The notes beneath the pieces were generated by a model. The model made no database searches. It was not told the origin of the DNA and was given only the letters and a program-made list of their open reading frames with translations. Positions 63,829-64,000 of a stretch of 64,000 nucleotides of DNA are shown here, piece by piece. A program made the position numbers and the translations under genes. Each line of letters begins with the position of its first letter. The first letter of the stretch is position 1. The stretch covers positions 4,149-68,148 of the forward strand of contig OMYS01000002.1 in NCBI GenBank assembly GCA_900315305.1, written 5' to 3'. Origin of the DNA: an uncultured Eubacteriales bacterium (GTDB lineage: Bacteria; Bacillota; Clostridia; Lachnospirales; Lachnospiraceae).

Positions 63829-64000
63829 ATGCTGACAGTCAAGAAGTTCGCCGGCTCTTCGGCCGGCTCTCCGGAGCAGCTCCGGAACGTGGCCAGGCGG
63901 TGCATCGAGGACTATGAAAAGGGCGATGATATTGTCGCTGTCATTTCATCGGGCGATACGCTGGCCGGAGCGCTGAGGAAACAGGCGGGCGTTATCAGCG
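63829..64000 (+). CDS. Aspartokinase-like protein, 5' fragment running off the window end, with divergent motifs
   Basis: MLTVKKFAGSSAGSPEQLRNVARRCIEDYEKGDDIVAVISSGDTL...; ATG immediately follows the hom stop. Confidence 0.7.
   Translation, partial: MLTVKKFAGSSAGSPEQLRNVARRCIEDYEKGDDIVAVISSGDTLAGALRKQAGVIS

Overview
GC-rich Firmicutes chromosome segment; the gene families look Lachnospiraceae/Clostridiales-like (inference, no search run). It is mostly core metabolism. In order: partial FMN alpha-hydroxy-acid dehydrogenase, GPH sugar symporter, a Tad/Flp pilus cluster with no visible ATPase or platform genes, HIT, rhomboid, aminotransferase, murG, beta-CASP nuclease, luxS-mtnN-greA, msmX-like ATPase, pgi, PucR regulator, aconitase-like hydratase, RluA, a complete V/A-type ATPase operon with Na+-type c-ring residues, a liv-type ABC transporter, asnS, xth, glf, CobW-like GTPase, DUF5648-type surface protein, rmuC-addB-addA, frameshifted prfB, hom and a degenerate aspartokinase start. 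No tRNA, rRNA, CRISPR array or transposase was found. The most notable feature is a ~1.36-kb purine-rich unit (24596-25958) with no credible ORF. It has a near-consensus sigma-A promoter, its own long terminator, an insulating upstream terminator and many hairpins, so it is a candidate large non-coding RNA. A dispersed ~60-bp palindromic REP/MITE-like family (6 full or partial copies), two densely structured intergenic regions and several in-frame tandem expansions are also present. Start codons were adjusted by eye using RBS position and family N-termini. All family calls come from motif recognition, not database searches.
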